Shown piece after piece: positions 22,975 to 36,371 of a stretch of 64,000 nucleotides of DNA; the first letter of the stretch is position 1; every line of letters starts with the position of its first letter. Made by a program: the position numbers and the translations under genes. The stretch is from Eledone cirrhosa (taxonomy: Eukaryota): contig OZ024742.1 of the NCBI GenBank assembly GCA_964016885.1, positions 176,948,001 through 177,012,000 on the forward strand, read 5' to 3'. The notes beneath the pieces were generated by a model. It was not told where the DNA came from and did not search any database. It saw only the letters and a program-made list of their open reading frames with translations.

Positions 22975-25300
22975 TTAAGTTATTTTATAGTGAGAGAATT
23001 TAGCTTTTAGTTTGTGGTTGCAGTATAATGATCGTTCAATTCTATCGTTAAGTAATTTGATTTTGGATTTTAATATGTAAAAGAGTTCAAGGTTACATAA
23101 CCTAGAGTACTTCAATCCACTCCGATATGCACTTGCGCTGGAAAGTATATCCCATTTTAAGGTGAACTGTTGGTTGCGTTCACGGAGTTGCCGGGTCTTG
23201 CTGGCGAGCGTGGTCACAAAACGGTGATTAAGATGTTTGATTGAGAATCGATGACGGTACCAGCGAGATTTAAACGAGGTGGTGGTAGATCCGATATAAT
23301 ACCATTTCTGGTCGTTCGATTCAACCGTGCATTGGTAAACAATGTTGGACTTTAGGCATTCATTCTTCAATGGACATCTTTCAGGTAGATGGCAGTTACA
23401 TTCTTTGTTGTGGATAGTGGTTATACCATGGATAGGTTGTGATAGCTGTACAGGTGGATTGTGTAATACCCGTCTCCCATTTAGTGGTTGGGACGCAGAT
23501 ATTACGTTCTGCCCGTCTGTTAATAACATATTTTGTTTTGTAGTGTTGTTTAATTGCTTTAAGTTACGTTTTTTATGTATGCTTCAATGTTTGGTGCCGT
23601 GGAGTATGATAGTCTAATAGTTTTAGAGTTCAGAATGTTGCTGTATTTATGGGAACTAGGGAAATGTTTGTTGATTAACTTAAAGAATGAAAGAGATAGT
23701 TTTGTACTAATCTAGGCATTAAAAATAGGATTATACCAGATATACTTTCTACAACGTGATTTATTTGGTGGTGATTTTCTATTATTAGTATGTCTGGTGG
23801 TACTGTGTGTGTGCGCTTGTATTTTAGTTCCCCGGTTACGTATTCCTTGATTTCGTGTAGAGCTATGTGTGTTATGGAGATTCCTATCAATGTATTCTAT
23901 TGTATCCCGGTGGTCGGCATTCCTTAATGCATTATTATAGTATTCAGCGTGTTCACTAAAAATATCAGATTTAGACGATAGGCGAGAGATTCTAAGAGAA
24001 ATACTCCGGGGAACCGATTTGATCATGGAGAGTGGGTGGTTTGAGTTAAAGTTAATATACGTAAGGTTCTCATTCATCTTGTGGAAGGGTCGTATCTGTT
24101 CGGTATTTAAATTAAGAGTTACGTCCAGAAAGTTTACTACTTTAAGATTGTATTCGTATGTTATTTTTAGACGCAGTCCACTAAAAGATTTTCTAATATT
24201 TTTCCGTAGCCTTTCAAGATTTTGGTTATTCAAGTTATTAACTAATAAAAGCCCGTCTTCTCTGTATATCCCCCCCCCCCCCTGTAGATTACTAAATTTA
24301 CATATGTAGTATGTGGGCTATGTAAATTCCCACAAGATCCGTGACCTCCGCTGAGACGTTGGAACCCATGGTAATGTCGAAGTTTGTGGGTCTGCCCAGT
24401 AGCAGTTATCAAACTTAATAATAGTTTTTCTAGCCTCGAGAATAATATTAATTTCGTCCTCCGTTAGGTCGGAGTTGACCTTAGCAAACGTAGGGCCTTA
24501 CATAAAGTGCTTGGTGACATTGAAGAGTAGTATTCGTCTATATCAAATTGTATAAACTTAGATTTATTCTTATTCTTAACGTTATTAAACCAGCGAATTG
24601 CTTCGCTAGTGTTGCCCCATAATTTAATTTCAATTTTCTGTTTCACTTGAGTTATTACTCTGTCAAATATATGTTTGCTAATTTTTCCTATGTCTGATTT
24701 AGAATGGCATATAAGTCTAATCTTAGGGTTAGAGTCAAAATTTACCTTATGGTCCTTCAGGTTGAAGGTGGGAGTAGCGGGTATAATCGGCTCGGTTCTA
24801 TCGTCTATCTTGAGATTCTTCACCACTTTGTATGCCTCGTTGTTAATATTTGTTAGCGTAGTTTCACTTGTTTTTCTATATTTTGTGTGTAGTTGATTGC
24901 GTATGAAGCTGTTGTATGTATCGATATCCATGGTATACACGTTAAAGGTCTTGTCAGCTTTCGCAACAATTCCATTGGTATTTTGCAGTCTTCGGAGTAG
25001 TGCTTTCATGTTGCTCTGCAGCTCATTATTTCTATGTTTGTTGAACTTAATGTTCATGGTCGTTTTGATTAAATCTTGTTCGAAAGCATCCAGATGAGGG
25101 TTTGTGGGTGGGTTTTTACATGATTTAAATCCATATGATTCAGACGAGTGACTGTCGCGTCACTTATCGAAATGGAAAGCTTTCCATCGTACACGCCGAA
25201 TGAAGTCATTATTGCGTGGAATCATACTAAGAATATATTCCCATTTGTTAGGTATAGGTATGTTTTTAAGTGACATACCTATATGATGCCGTGTGTCGGT
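22975..25300 (-). pseudogene. Naiad-like RT and GIY-YIG ORF, frameshifted
   Basis: SLKNIPIP N-terminus, ADKT, LKDHK..F..NPK.RLI, QFDIDEYY, FDITMGS, NFLDVT, IWYNP, CNC..CPL..C, IVY..YYIGST. Confidence 0.88.
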
Positions 25301-25527
25301 GTGGTTGCTCACCTGTGTAGGAGGCGATTATGAGGTATAGGATAAATCTAGATGTAGTAATCGTTAATTACTACACTGGATATGGTTGGCGTACGGTGAG
25401 AGGTTACTCTACAATTTATGGAAGAATTGTTGAAGAAACTTAGTTCCTGATCCTTCTGTATTCCGGAGTGTATATAAAGAATGAATAATAACAGGTAGAC
25501 ATCATAAAAAGGTAATTTATACCGTGG

Positions 25528-25637
25528 GCTTACAAATGTTTCCACGGTGGTACTACAGCCTAGTTATGCTATGTGCAAATTTACAACTATTTGCAGAACT
25601 CAAATATCCAATGCTGTGACCACTGTATCCTCAGAGC
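25528..25637 (-). ncRNA. Hammerhead with long stem II insertion, family E copy 2
   Basis: Minus strand GCT-CTGAGGA-TACAGTGGT CACAGC..GCTGT AGT ACCACCGTG-GAA-ACATTTGT-A-AGC. Confidence 0.72.
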
Positions 25638-26982
25638 AGAATGGTTAAAATGTACAATGTAAATACCCTTAAGTGGGGTTGTTGGAGAAGATAGAGTGGA
25701 AAAGGAGGAGAGAAAAGTAGGGGAGAGGGGGAGAGAGAGAAAGATATGCAGGGGTTGGAGAAATAGGAGAGAGTGGTTTGTAGTTATCTTAATCAAAATG
25801 TTGTGGTAGGAGCTTCATTATACTAGTTACTTTTGGAGAGATGCGTTGATAGTTAAGGTCGGAATTATTCATTGCCCCAGAGGGCAGGTTCATATATGTT
25901 GAGAGTGAGGGAGGTAGGCCAAAGGCGAGAGAGAGAGAGTGTAATGGATGTAGAGAGAGAGATAGAGAGGGGACAGACGAAGTCTGTGTGGTGAGTGAAC
26001 TTTGTGTTCGTAGTAGTAATCTGCGAATTGCATTGAGTTCCATTTATAGTGATAAGCAGTGCATTGTCTTGTAGTGTGGGGGAAGGGAAGGTGGTTAGCT
26101 AGAAAGCGATGTTATAGTTACGGGTTCGAATGTTAAGTTATTTTATAGTGAGAGAATTTAGCTTTTAGTTTGTGGATGCATTATAATGATCGTTCAATTC
26201 TATCGTTAAGTAGTTTGTTTGGGGATTTTAATATGTAAAAGAGTTGGAGGTTACATAACCTAGAGTACTTCAATCCACTCCCATATGCACTTGCGCTGGA
26301 AAGTATATTCCAATTTAAGGTGAACTGTTTATTGCGTTCACGGAGTTGCCAGGTCTTGTTGGCGAGCGTGGTCACAAAACGGTGATTAGGATGTTTGATT
26401 GAGAATCGATGACGGTACCAGCGAGATTTAAACGAGGTGGTGGTAGATCCGATATAATACCATTTCTGGTCGTTCGATTCAACCGTGCATTGGTAAACAA
26501 TGTTGGATTTTAGGCATTCATTCTTCAATGGACATCTTTCAGGTAGATGGCAGTTACATTCTTTGTTGTGGGTAGCGGGTATACCATGGATAGTTTGTGA
26601 TAGCAATACAGGTGGATTGTGTAATACCCGTCTCCCATTTAGTGGTTGGGAGGCAGATATTACGTTCTGCCCGTCTGTTAATAAAATATTTTGTTTTGTA
26701 TTGTTGTTTAATTGCTTTAAGTTAAGTTTTTTTATGTATGCTTCAAGGTTTGGTGCCATGGAGTATGATAGTCTAATAGTTTTAGAGTTCAGAATTTTGC
26801 TGTATTTATGGGAACTAGGGAAATGTTTGTTGATTAACTTAAAGAATGAAAGAGATAGTTTTGTACTAATCGAGGCATTAAAAATAGGATTATACCAGAT
26901 ATACTTTCTACAACGTGATTTATTTGGTGGTGATTTTTTATTATTAGTATGTCTGGTGGTACTGTGTGTGTACGCTTTCAAA

Positions 26983-27115
<133 letters not shown>

Positions 27116-27339
27116 TGGTACATATATATATATATATATGGTGGTACTGTGTGTGTGCGCTTACAAATATATATATATACATATATATATATACACATAC
27201 AAACATGCACAAACATGCCCATATGCAGGTACAAATGAACGAACGTACACAGCGATACTCATACAAATACATACAAACATGTACTCATAAATATACGTTT
27301 TTACACAGGCACATAAAAACAGCAGAAAATGCAGATAGG

Positions 27340-28385
27340 TAAGAGGTACTTACATAACCATAGTGCCGTGTTTCAGGTTGAGAAGGGGTAGGGGTGGGGT
27401 GGGAAGGAGGTAGAGAGGCTATTTTGTCGGCTGGCGTTTAAAAGAAAAAAGGGGGAAGTCGTTCTTAACCATCGGGCATTAACACTGGCATAAGGTATTT
27501 GAAAGTTGCAAAGTTTTTGCGCATGCAGTTCGGGAAATGTTCAGAGAGTTTGTTTAGTAGCGGGCCCTTGCCTAATAAAATTGTGTAGCTCTCTGAGATA
27601 CAAAGGTCTTAGCACTTGTGTCCTCCGTTGTATGAGCGCGCTTTCTGGAGTATTTTCCATTTAATCGTGAAGGGGGCGGAGTTCCTTTTGAGGTCCCAAA
27701 CATAGGAGGTGAGTGTTGTCTGGTTTGATTTGTCCGGTATTCTGAAAGAGTGGGTATGGGCATACCACCGGGTCTTAAAGTTATTGGAAGTCATGCCGAT
27801 TTAAGTATTTTTTGTTGCAATCATCGGTGCCTGAGATGACATCGCATTTGTATACGATATCATTGTTCATGCATTTGTTTTATAGTGGGCAGACTTCCTT
27901 ATTTAGGCAATTACACAAGGCCCAAGTCCGAGGATTGGGTTCGGAGGTGGTTGGCTTATTTAATTTTTTAGAATTGTGATTGGCTATATTCCTCGCGAGG
28001 TTAGGTGTAGGGAAGTAGGAGAGTCTTATTGTGTACTTATTAAATATGGTGTAGTACCTATGTTGTATGGGAAGTGTGTGTTCAGCAAAGTGAAGAATAT
28101 CCTAGTTATAGGTGTAGAGACCTCTCTATTGAAGGGACGGTTGTACCAGCTAATCTGCCTATGCCTATTCCTCCTATGCAGGCTGCGGTGGTTTCTGGGT
28201 AGATTATCTTTCCTTTAAATACGCTGCAGGCGAGGGCGTCATTGTAGTAGGAGGCACAGGCGTTCAACATTTCTTCATTGGCAGAGAGGCCAGAGATTCT
28301 AATAGAGACGCGTTTTACTAAGTTATCAGTGATGTTCTGGGGTGGTTAGAATTAACATTAATATATCTAAGGAACCCATTGGGTT
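27340..28385 (-). mobile_element. Second Naiad-like Penelope family, 3' fragment (thumb and GIY-YIG), decayed
   Basis: CNC..CPL, FKTRWYAH..SF, TTLTSYVWDLK, IKWKIL, *DLCISE. Confidence 0.8.
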
Positions 28386-28791
28386 TTGTCACTCTAAGTA
28401 GAGCTTTAAAGATTTAGATTTTAAAGAATTTCCTTTTTCTTTAAATCCATCAACCATAGCCGACCCCCAACCATCTTATAGACACCTGAAATATAGGCAT
28501 TGTTAGCTTAAGAGAAACTTTAAAATAAGGAGTGGCTCCCCAATCTGAACTTGTTTATAGAATTCTTTCTGCCTTTGTCACTCTAAATATAAATTATAGC
28601 CTTAAAGAATTAGCTTTTAATGAATTCCCTTTTCTTTCAACCAATGACCTCCACCCATCCCACTCTCCGCCCCCTCCTACAACCTGAAAAGATATAAATA
28701 CCACAACATTTATTTTGGAAAGCCAGATTCCTGATGATTTCTAAAGAATGAAACAATTCTAGTCCTGTAGAATCTCATCTATATTAAAACT
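28385..28791 (+). mobile_element. Family C hammerhead element, copy 2, fused to the 5' break of the Naiad-like fragment
   Basis: Reverse complement of 16470-16880; ends in (TA)n. Confidence 0.75.
28725..28775 (+). ncRNA. Type I hammerhead ribozyme, family C
   Basis: AGATTC-CTGATGA-TTTCTAAAGAAT-GAA-ACA..TGT-A-GAATCT. Confidence 0.75.
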
Positions 28792-28959
28792 ATATATATA
28801 TATATATATGTATATACATAGGCATATACATATGCATTCACACGTGAATGCATATATATATGCATTCACACGTGAGCATGTTACATGTTATGTGGGATGA
28901 TATGTTTGAAAAGATCGACAACTTTAATTTGAGTGACAGAGTATACACACGAGTATTTA

Positions 28960-29600
28960 TAAAGCTCCCAGAAAATTAGAATTGGACGCAGTAAACGATA
29001 TGACAAACAATTATCTGAACGCCAGTCTAGAGGTATGAAAACAACATACGAAGCCGTTTACCTTTAGATATACGGCTCAGCCTTCACATTCTCATCTATC
29101 ACAACCAGCTGAAGCCACGAAATCGAGATATAAGCAGAAAGTCTGAACAATATTGGGCATGTAACTAAGTTGGTTTTTCTGAGATTCTTGTAGTTATGAG
29201 TTGTACCACAGACAACAATTTTACACGATATCAGAACCACGTAAATAACTAGAGAGGCGATTTGTAGATACAAGCTTCAAAGCTCCAACAACAACTCACA
29301 GCTACAGCTGGAAAGCTATATTATAAACGGTGAATGCTGAATGACTTAGTTGCCAGAGATCCCAGATTAAGAGTTACTAGAGATCTCTATGAAAAACAAA
29401 AGGTGAATGCAACAAACAAATTGTGTGGCTAAAAGAACTTGAGTAAAAGCAATATGAAATAGACAAAATAATATTAGAAACAGTTTTACAGAAAATGTCA
29501 AACAAAAAATCCCAAGATCCAGACCTCATAACAGTTTTCTGGCTAAAAAATGTCACCTTTTATTGGGGAGGTCTCACCCGCCTGTATGGAGAAATTAACA
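28960..29600 (+). pseudogene. Heavily decayed R4/Dong-like LINE fragment
   Basis: Remnant resembling K.PGPD.I..FWLK near 29505-29560; otherwise weak. Confidence 0.35.
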
Positions 29601-29859
29601 ATTCACTTAGAAGGCTGTATATGTGTACTTCAGACGAAGAATACAGAGCATAGATTGGATATACCATACTAAAATCTTGTTATTGAGTGCCGATAAGTTC
29701 ATATCATCCCACCCTGGAGGGCATCTCCATGCAACCTAGGAACAAAATAGGAAGATCATCATTTGACAATATATGTAGGCTATGCAACTAAGAATATTGA
29801 TGGGCTCACAGAAATACCAGTGAAACCTAAATATAAAATCTACCTTTAAATTAAAACGG

Positions 29860-30295
29860 ACTCATATAGTTGTTTGGCAACACAATAACGTTGACAATCC
29901 TGGGGGGTTGTCAATGATAGCCCTTATATTCCGACAGGATATTTTTAGCTTTACATTGGATCTTTTTGACATTTTGTTATTTCAAGCGAATAGTACGCAT
30001 CTGTTAGCCACGCTAAACTAGCCTGGTAAGGCTGGCAATGTTCGGAGCACCTTTTCTAGACCCCTCTGGATTTAATAGTGAGCAGTCCTGTCCCTAAAAG
30101 AGCAGCTCAGTCATCTTTAGAGCAAAGTAAATTCACCTCTGCCCCGATAAAATAGGGATTTGTATCTACCAAATTTCGCCAGTGTGAAGGTAGGCTGCTA
30201 CTTACTTGCAGCCCAACAGAATTGTATGCATCACAACCTTCCCAACGCCAATGGGCTTCAAAAGACAGGAACAGACAATGTTAAGTGTGAGCAAC
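29860..30295 (-). mobile_element. Probable 5' fragment of an RTE-type LINE
   Basis: Minus-strand LKISCRNIRA resembles an APE N-terminus; it is preceded by a GC-richer leader that abuts (TACA)n. Confidence 0.35.
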
Positions 30296-30414
30296 ATACA
30301 TACATGCATACATACATACATAGATACGTACATCCATCCATCCATCCATACATACATACATACATACATACATACATACATACATACATACATACATACA
30401 TACATACATACATA

Positions 30415-30815
30415 CATGGTAGCTGCCAACTCGTTTTCGAGTACGGCCACTACTTTATATCCATGTAGGAGAACCCCTACCGATGCGCTGAACGAGTGTG
30501 ACTCTTTAGTCCAGCCAGCGACTTGAAAACTCTGGTACAAACACTACACTTGTGACAATATTGACACATAGTGCTGGGCCCATGGTACCATGTGACGACA
30601 AGTGCAGAGAGATCTCCAGATATAAAGCAATGCCTGTGCCGTGAAGCTTTTATAGTGAACAAAGGCAATGCACAAAGCCAGTCCCACTCTCTTAACCAAG
30701 ATGATATTTACCAAAAAGAAGAACAAGTCAACATCATTGGATACCATCAGAGTTGCAGGTGTTATATCAGAGTTTTCCTTCTCCTAGAATTCTGCCTTGA
30801 CAAAAGCTAAGGGGT
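30415..30815 (-). mobile_element. Non-autonomous RTE-derived element, 5'-truncated
   Basis: Near-identical to 33672-34071; encodes a C2H2-like remnant CSVCTRVFKSLAGLKSHTRSAH; (GTAT)n tail. Confidence 0.75.
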
Positions 30816-30854
30816 CTACTCTCTACATATACGTACATACATACGTATACACGC

Positions 30855-33650
30855 TGATCACTCACAAACAAGAATTGAGAGCTGTTAGCGAAAAACGCCG
30901 ATACCTGAAGAAGGTAGACGAAACCAAACATCAGTCTATAGACATATGAAGAACAAAATAATAATTGTCACTAAGGCCCCATCCCAGAAAACATTCTTTT
31001 TGGAGAAAAATATGGGGTGAAAGAAGAATTTCAACCAAGATGCAGTGTGGCTCAGAGAAATCCGAAAGAACTATTGCTCCTACACTACAACAAAAATATA
31101 CGAAATAAGTGAGGGTACCCTTGAGACTGTGATAGGAAAATTCCAAGATGAGAAAACACCAGGAAGAGACATGATTGTCGGCTACTGGTACAAAAACTGA
31201 TATTCTATCGGAGGTATCTTACTGACCTCTACCAACAAGTTCTTAAGGGAGATACACTTATACCAGAATGGTTGACATTAGCGCAAACACTACTGGTCCC
31301 CGAGAACAGAGACACCCACTTGGCATAAAAATACCGACCCATTGCATGCCAGAACCTGCTGTATAAGATGTATACAGCCTGCCTGAAGCTATTCCTCCTA
31401 GATCACTGTGAAAATAATAACACCATCACAGAGGAACAAGCAGCTGGAAAGAAAGGCGTTTGGGGATGTGCTGAACAACTCCTAATCAACAAAACTGCAA
31501 TGTCCGAGGTGCGACAATTTAGGAGGAATATGGCTGCAGTCTGGCTGGACTACAGGAAAGCTTTCGATTCTGTTTCCCACTCTTTGATGATAGAGGCCCT
31601 ACAACTTGCTACATTCCCAGACATTATTGTCAAAGCCATTGAGAGGTTGTCTTCTTCTTGGGCTACTATCCTAAAGTTAAAGACAGTGAAGGGCGACTCT
31701 ATTTTCACTGATAAATAAAATATCGCAGGTGTATATTTCAGGGAGACAGTCTCTCTGTGATATTATTCATGTTGTCAGTAAACCCCTTGTCCTTTCTGCT
31801 CAAGAAATGTGAGGGATACATCATTGGCTCACAGGAGGACAGAAATACGAACCTAACCCATAATTTCTTTGTGGACGATCTGAAAATCTATGCTAAGAAC
31901 ATGGATGGGATGAGGAAAATTCTTGACCTGGTTACAACGTTCTCAAAGGATATAGGAATGGAGTTTGGCCAAGATAAATGCTCATACATGACTGTAAAGC
32001 GGGGAAAAACAACCACCCAATCTAGCAACATTGTCATCAATGGCCTAACTGTTTCACCGATATCTGATGAGGACTGCTACATATACCTGGAGATAGATGA
32101 GAACATATCCTCTAATGGTATCTGTAATAAGGAACGCGTAAGCAGGAAATACTGCACCCGATTAAGAAAGATTTGGTCATCGGAACTCTCTGCGCAAAAC
32201 AAAACAGTGGCTCACAATGTGTTTGCTGTGCCCTCCTAACACCAATTTTTGGAATACTCAATTGGACGATAGAGGAAATCCGAGCGATTGATGTTAGAAC
32301 TCGAAAAATACTAAACAACACCGGAAACTTCCACATCAACAATGCCATAGACCGCCTTTACTTAAAACGTAAGCAGGGAGGCAGAAGCCTAACATCAGTC
32401 CAGACAACATTTGAATGTTGCAACATATCTCTCCGACAACATCTACGAGCTTCGAAGCGTAGGAGACCGTTTCTCGAGCAAGTCTATCTGCATGAAACAG
32501 ATAAGATCATGAGAGTTGGGAAGGATCTCCTCGAGAGATATTCCCTGTATGATTATGAAAAACTCACACCCAGGGAAGTTGCTCCGCAGTATCGTAGTGA
32601 ATCCATGGATGAAAAACTGCATACTTATCAGCAAAAAGTCATGCATGGATATATTGCCAGGAAGCTCCAGAGTGAGAGTAATATAGATAAGGAAAGTAGT
32701 CTATCTTGGACCAACAACCGCTATATTGGCTCCCACTTTGAAGGATACGCTTTTGCAATCCAAGAACAGGAGATTAACACGAAATACCTGATTAAAATAA
32801 GAGATAGGGATATCAGGCAAAACACCTAGATGTGATAACAAGTGCAGACTCTGCAGAACTAACATCGAGGATATCACCCATGTCATCAGCAGCTGTACAA
32901 AGAAGTCATCGCGGTACTATCTACCTATGAGGCATAATGTAGTGGCCAAAATACTGTACAATGCAGTTCGTAAAAAAGATAGCTCCGATAATAAACACAT
33001 TAAAAGCTACAGCAATGTGGAAGACATCCATGTACATAATATGAAAGAGTACTGGTGGAATGTTCTAGTAAAAACCCCAATAAAATGCAGGCATAACAGA
33101 CCAGATATTATGATATGGGACAGTGGTGAAGAAAGCATGCACAATAGTGGAAATTTGCTGCCCAGCAGATGCCAATATAATATCAAAGTTTAGCGAAAAG
33201 GAGAATATTTATGCGGAATTGATGAGAAATCTGCAGAAACTCCACCCTGATTACACTTTCAGATTCGTGCCTGTGATTATTGGGGCATTGGGTATGTTAG
33301 TAAATGCCTCAATACAGATCTTGAGAAGCTAGGTTTCACAGGAACAGAAAGAACACAACTAGTTAGGAAATTACAAGTACAATCCATTAATGGAACAGTA
33401 AAAATATGTAAAACATTCCACAATTTTTGCATCTAATAACTGCATATACACATGTAAAGATACAAAGCATATACACATGCACACATACAACTCAAAACAT
33501 ACACATCCATATCTTCACATGCATGAATGCATACCTAATCTAACTAGTTGATGTTGTGTAAATTCCAATGAGAGAGTTTTGTGTCTATGTTAGAAATCGA
33601 CTCTCTCTCTCTATTGGGAAAAACATTGTGAAATTATAAAACCAGAAGAA
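30855..33650 (+). mobile_element. 5'-truncated RLE-type (R4/Dong-like) non-LTR retrotransposon with (CATA)n tail, inactivated
   Basis: YRPIAC, WLDYRKAFDSV, QGDSLS, FFVDDLK, CRLC..HVISSC, RHN, HNRPDI..IVEICCP. Confidence 0.9.
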
Positions 33651-33671
33651 CATACATACATATATACATAC

Positions 33672-34278
33672 ATGGTGGCTGCCAACTTGTTTTCGAGTAC
33701 GGCCACTATTTTATATCCATGTAGGAGAACCCCTACCGATGCGCTGAACGAGTGCGACTTATTTGTCCAGCCAGCGACTTGAAAACTCTGGTACAAACAC
33801 TACACTTGTGTCATTTATTGACACATAGTGCTGGGCCCATGGTACCATGTGATGACAAGTGCAGAAAGATCTCCAGATATAAAGAAATGCCTGTGCCGTG
33901 AAGCTTTTCTAGTGAGCAAAGGCACTGCACAAAGCCAGTCCCACTCTCTTAACCAAGATGATATTTATCAAAAAGAAGGACAAGTCAACATCATTGGATA
34001 CCATCAGAGTTGCAGGTGTTATATCAGAGTTTTCCTTCTCCTAGAATTCTGCCTTGACACAGCCTAAGGGGTCATCTGTCCCGGTGATTTTGCATGGCCA
34101 TTGACTCTTAAGAGCTCCTTTGCTCTTTGACAGGTTTTGTTTTTAGTCCTGCAGGGTGTCCAAAGTCACCCTCCTCACCAAGAAACCTTGGTAGTGTTGC
34201 CAGTTTAGTCGCCAACGACCCGACCATAGGACAGGTTGTACTGGGATACACGTTACCAGTAGCACCAACTGGTGACCT

Positions 34279-34280
<2 letters not shown>
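33672..34280 (-). mobile_element. Non-autonomous RTE-derived element, apparently complete (about 610 bp)
   Basis: 5' part homologous to 51953-52145, 3' part to 30415-30815; (GTAT)n tail. Confidence 0.78.
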
Positions 34281-34332
<52 letters not shown>

Positions 34333-34399
34333 CATACACACATACATATATGAATACATACATTCCTGCATACGTACATACATACGTATTCAGATATAG

Positions 34400-34990
34400 A
34401 TTTGTAATGGATGTAGAAAAATAAGAAGAGAAAAAACATTCAGAAGACAAAATAAACAAAACCAATGTAAGAAATATAAACTAAATGAAACTGTTATTAA
34501 GAAGATATTTGAAATAATTATCATGAACGAGAATTGGTCCTTAACATTTAAAGCTTTTACATAATGTGGGAAATTATAATGTGGAATGATTTAAATGCTG
34601 TACGGTTATAAAAATAGGAAATTAAAATATTTGAGATGAACTAAGATGATTTTTAATGTTGACAATTGTTTCAAAATGTATTTATTTTCCCCAATCTTTC
34701 AATTTATCGAAATAGTTGTCTTGTCACTCGTCTAATTTATCTGATTTTCAGGTGCCCATTTCTTTATGTTTACAAAATTCTGATGAAATTGATCGGTCAT
34801 AAAACGTGTTGTAGCTTTTTCCCTCACTGTTTATTCGTTTAAGGTTTTTTTCTTTTAGTTTACAAGAATTTACCGTAATTTAGTGAAATGAAAATAAATG
34901 TGATTCAGTCACGGGGAAATAATTGAGAACGGAAAAATGTTGCAGAAATTTAGTGAAAGAATAAAACATATAAATGCAAAATATTTTGTA
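34400..34990 (-). repeat. Unclassified dispersed repeat, copy 2
   Basis: Reverse complement of 8740-9330. Confidence 0.8.
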
Positions 34991-35353
34991 AAAGGATTTT
35001 TGTATTCCTCATCACCCTTCAACATTCAATTAAGTAGAATTTTAATATTATTATTATTACGGAACTCCATTAAAATACACGAGGTGAATGTATCTGTTGC
35101 GACGTTTATCTTTTCGAAAGAGATTGGACGACATTCAGAGCGATGTTGTGACAGTAACAAGAAATAATTGTTGATAAACACAGTGATTGAATATTCAATG
35201 ATGGATGGAATAACGAATTAATTGAATGACTGATGTATATCTAATAATTGAGAGGGAGAGCGAATAAGCAATAGTTGTATATATATATATATATAAATGT
35301 GTGTGAGTGTGGGGGGTGGGGGGTATATGCGAGATTGTCTCTCTCCCGTTTTA

Positions 35354-35471
<118 letters not shown>

Positions 35472-36371
35472 CTGTATAATAAACAATACAATATAATTAC
35501 CTCATTACCAGAGGTTTCCCGAATAAGACGAATACGAAAAACGTCCTCATTCGTTCGTCGAACAAGGCAATTTAAAGCAGTGAAATATTTGAAAAATCTC
35601 CTCAAGAAAGACAAGAGTTTAACGGGCAAAAAATATATAAATAAAAGTAATGCAAGAGATATATAAAAAAATATATATATAGTTAGGGTATGTGTATATG
35701 TATGTATATACACTCACAAATGTACATATGTGTGTATGTACAAATGCATGTGTATGGTGAAAGTGTGTGCGTAAGTACATATATGAGGGCAAGTATATTT
35801 GTGTATTTGTGACCACAAATACGTATATGAGTTGAAAAAGAAATTGTAAGATAATATAGTTAACACGCATCCAGATACAGGCATTAAATACACATACGAA
35901 TATGAAAGCACGCATATAAACACACACACACCCGCGCGGTCACTTATATGCGGAAGATAAAGAGGGAAGGGAGTGTAATAGTAAAAAGAAGTGTCATTCG
36001 CGATATATGTATACAAATGATACAATATATGAGAATGAAAAAATTGTTTTAAATCAAAGAGAAAGTAATCAATTAACACTAGCGGAAAGAAAACAAACAT
36101 AGGTACGCACGTACACACACACATATATATATAAAAAAAATATTTATACACACAAATACGTACAGACAAAAGCGCATGTCTCATACTCATGCCGCTAAAA
36201 ATAGCAGCTGAGATTATGAGACTAAAGTTTAGCTCTACATACGGAGACGAAAATATCATAGATTGAGTTATAAACTCAAAATAGTCTTTTACAATTAAAT
36301 AGCTCAAAGATGGGAAACTTTCTGAGCCGTGTAATATAATTGGATATATGAAGTGTGTGAACACAGATATA

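Larger units (their letters stand above)
22326..26978 (-). mobile_element. Naiad-like Penelope element in partial tandem (about 1.47 units of 3.16 kb)
   Basis: 22332-23815 is repeated directly at 25495-26975; flanked by (TA)n on both sides. Confidence 0.9.

Noticed and set aside
30477-30668. Host C2H2 zinc-finger gene exon (also 50614-50820)
   Set aside because: Sits inside repeated elements just before (GTAT)n tails; better explained as RTE ORF C-terminal remnants.
30904-30936. CTGAAGA..GAAAC hammerhead-like motif
   Set aside because: No stem II or stem I pairing; it lies within LINE coding sequence.
30416-34071. LTR retrotransposon suggested by 400-bp direct repeats flanking an RT
   Set aside because: The internal ORF is a non-LTR RLE type; the repeats are copies of a separate dispersed element also found at 51953 and 62265.
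34771-34830. CTGATGA in the 590-bp dispersed repeat
   Set aside because: Both copies have TAAAA rather than GAAA after the putative stem, and no stem I partner was found.
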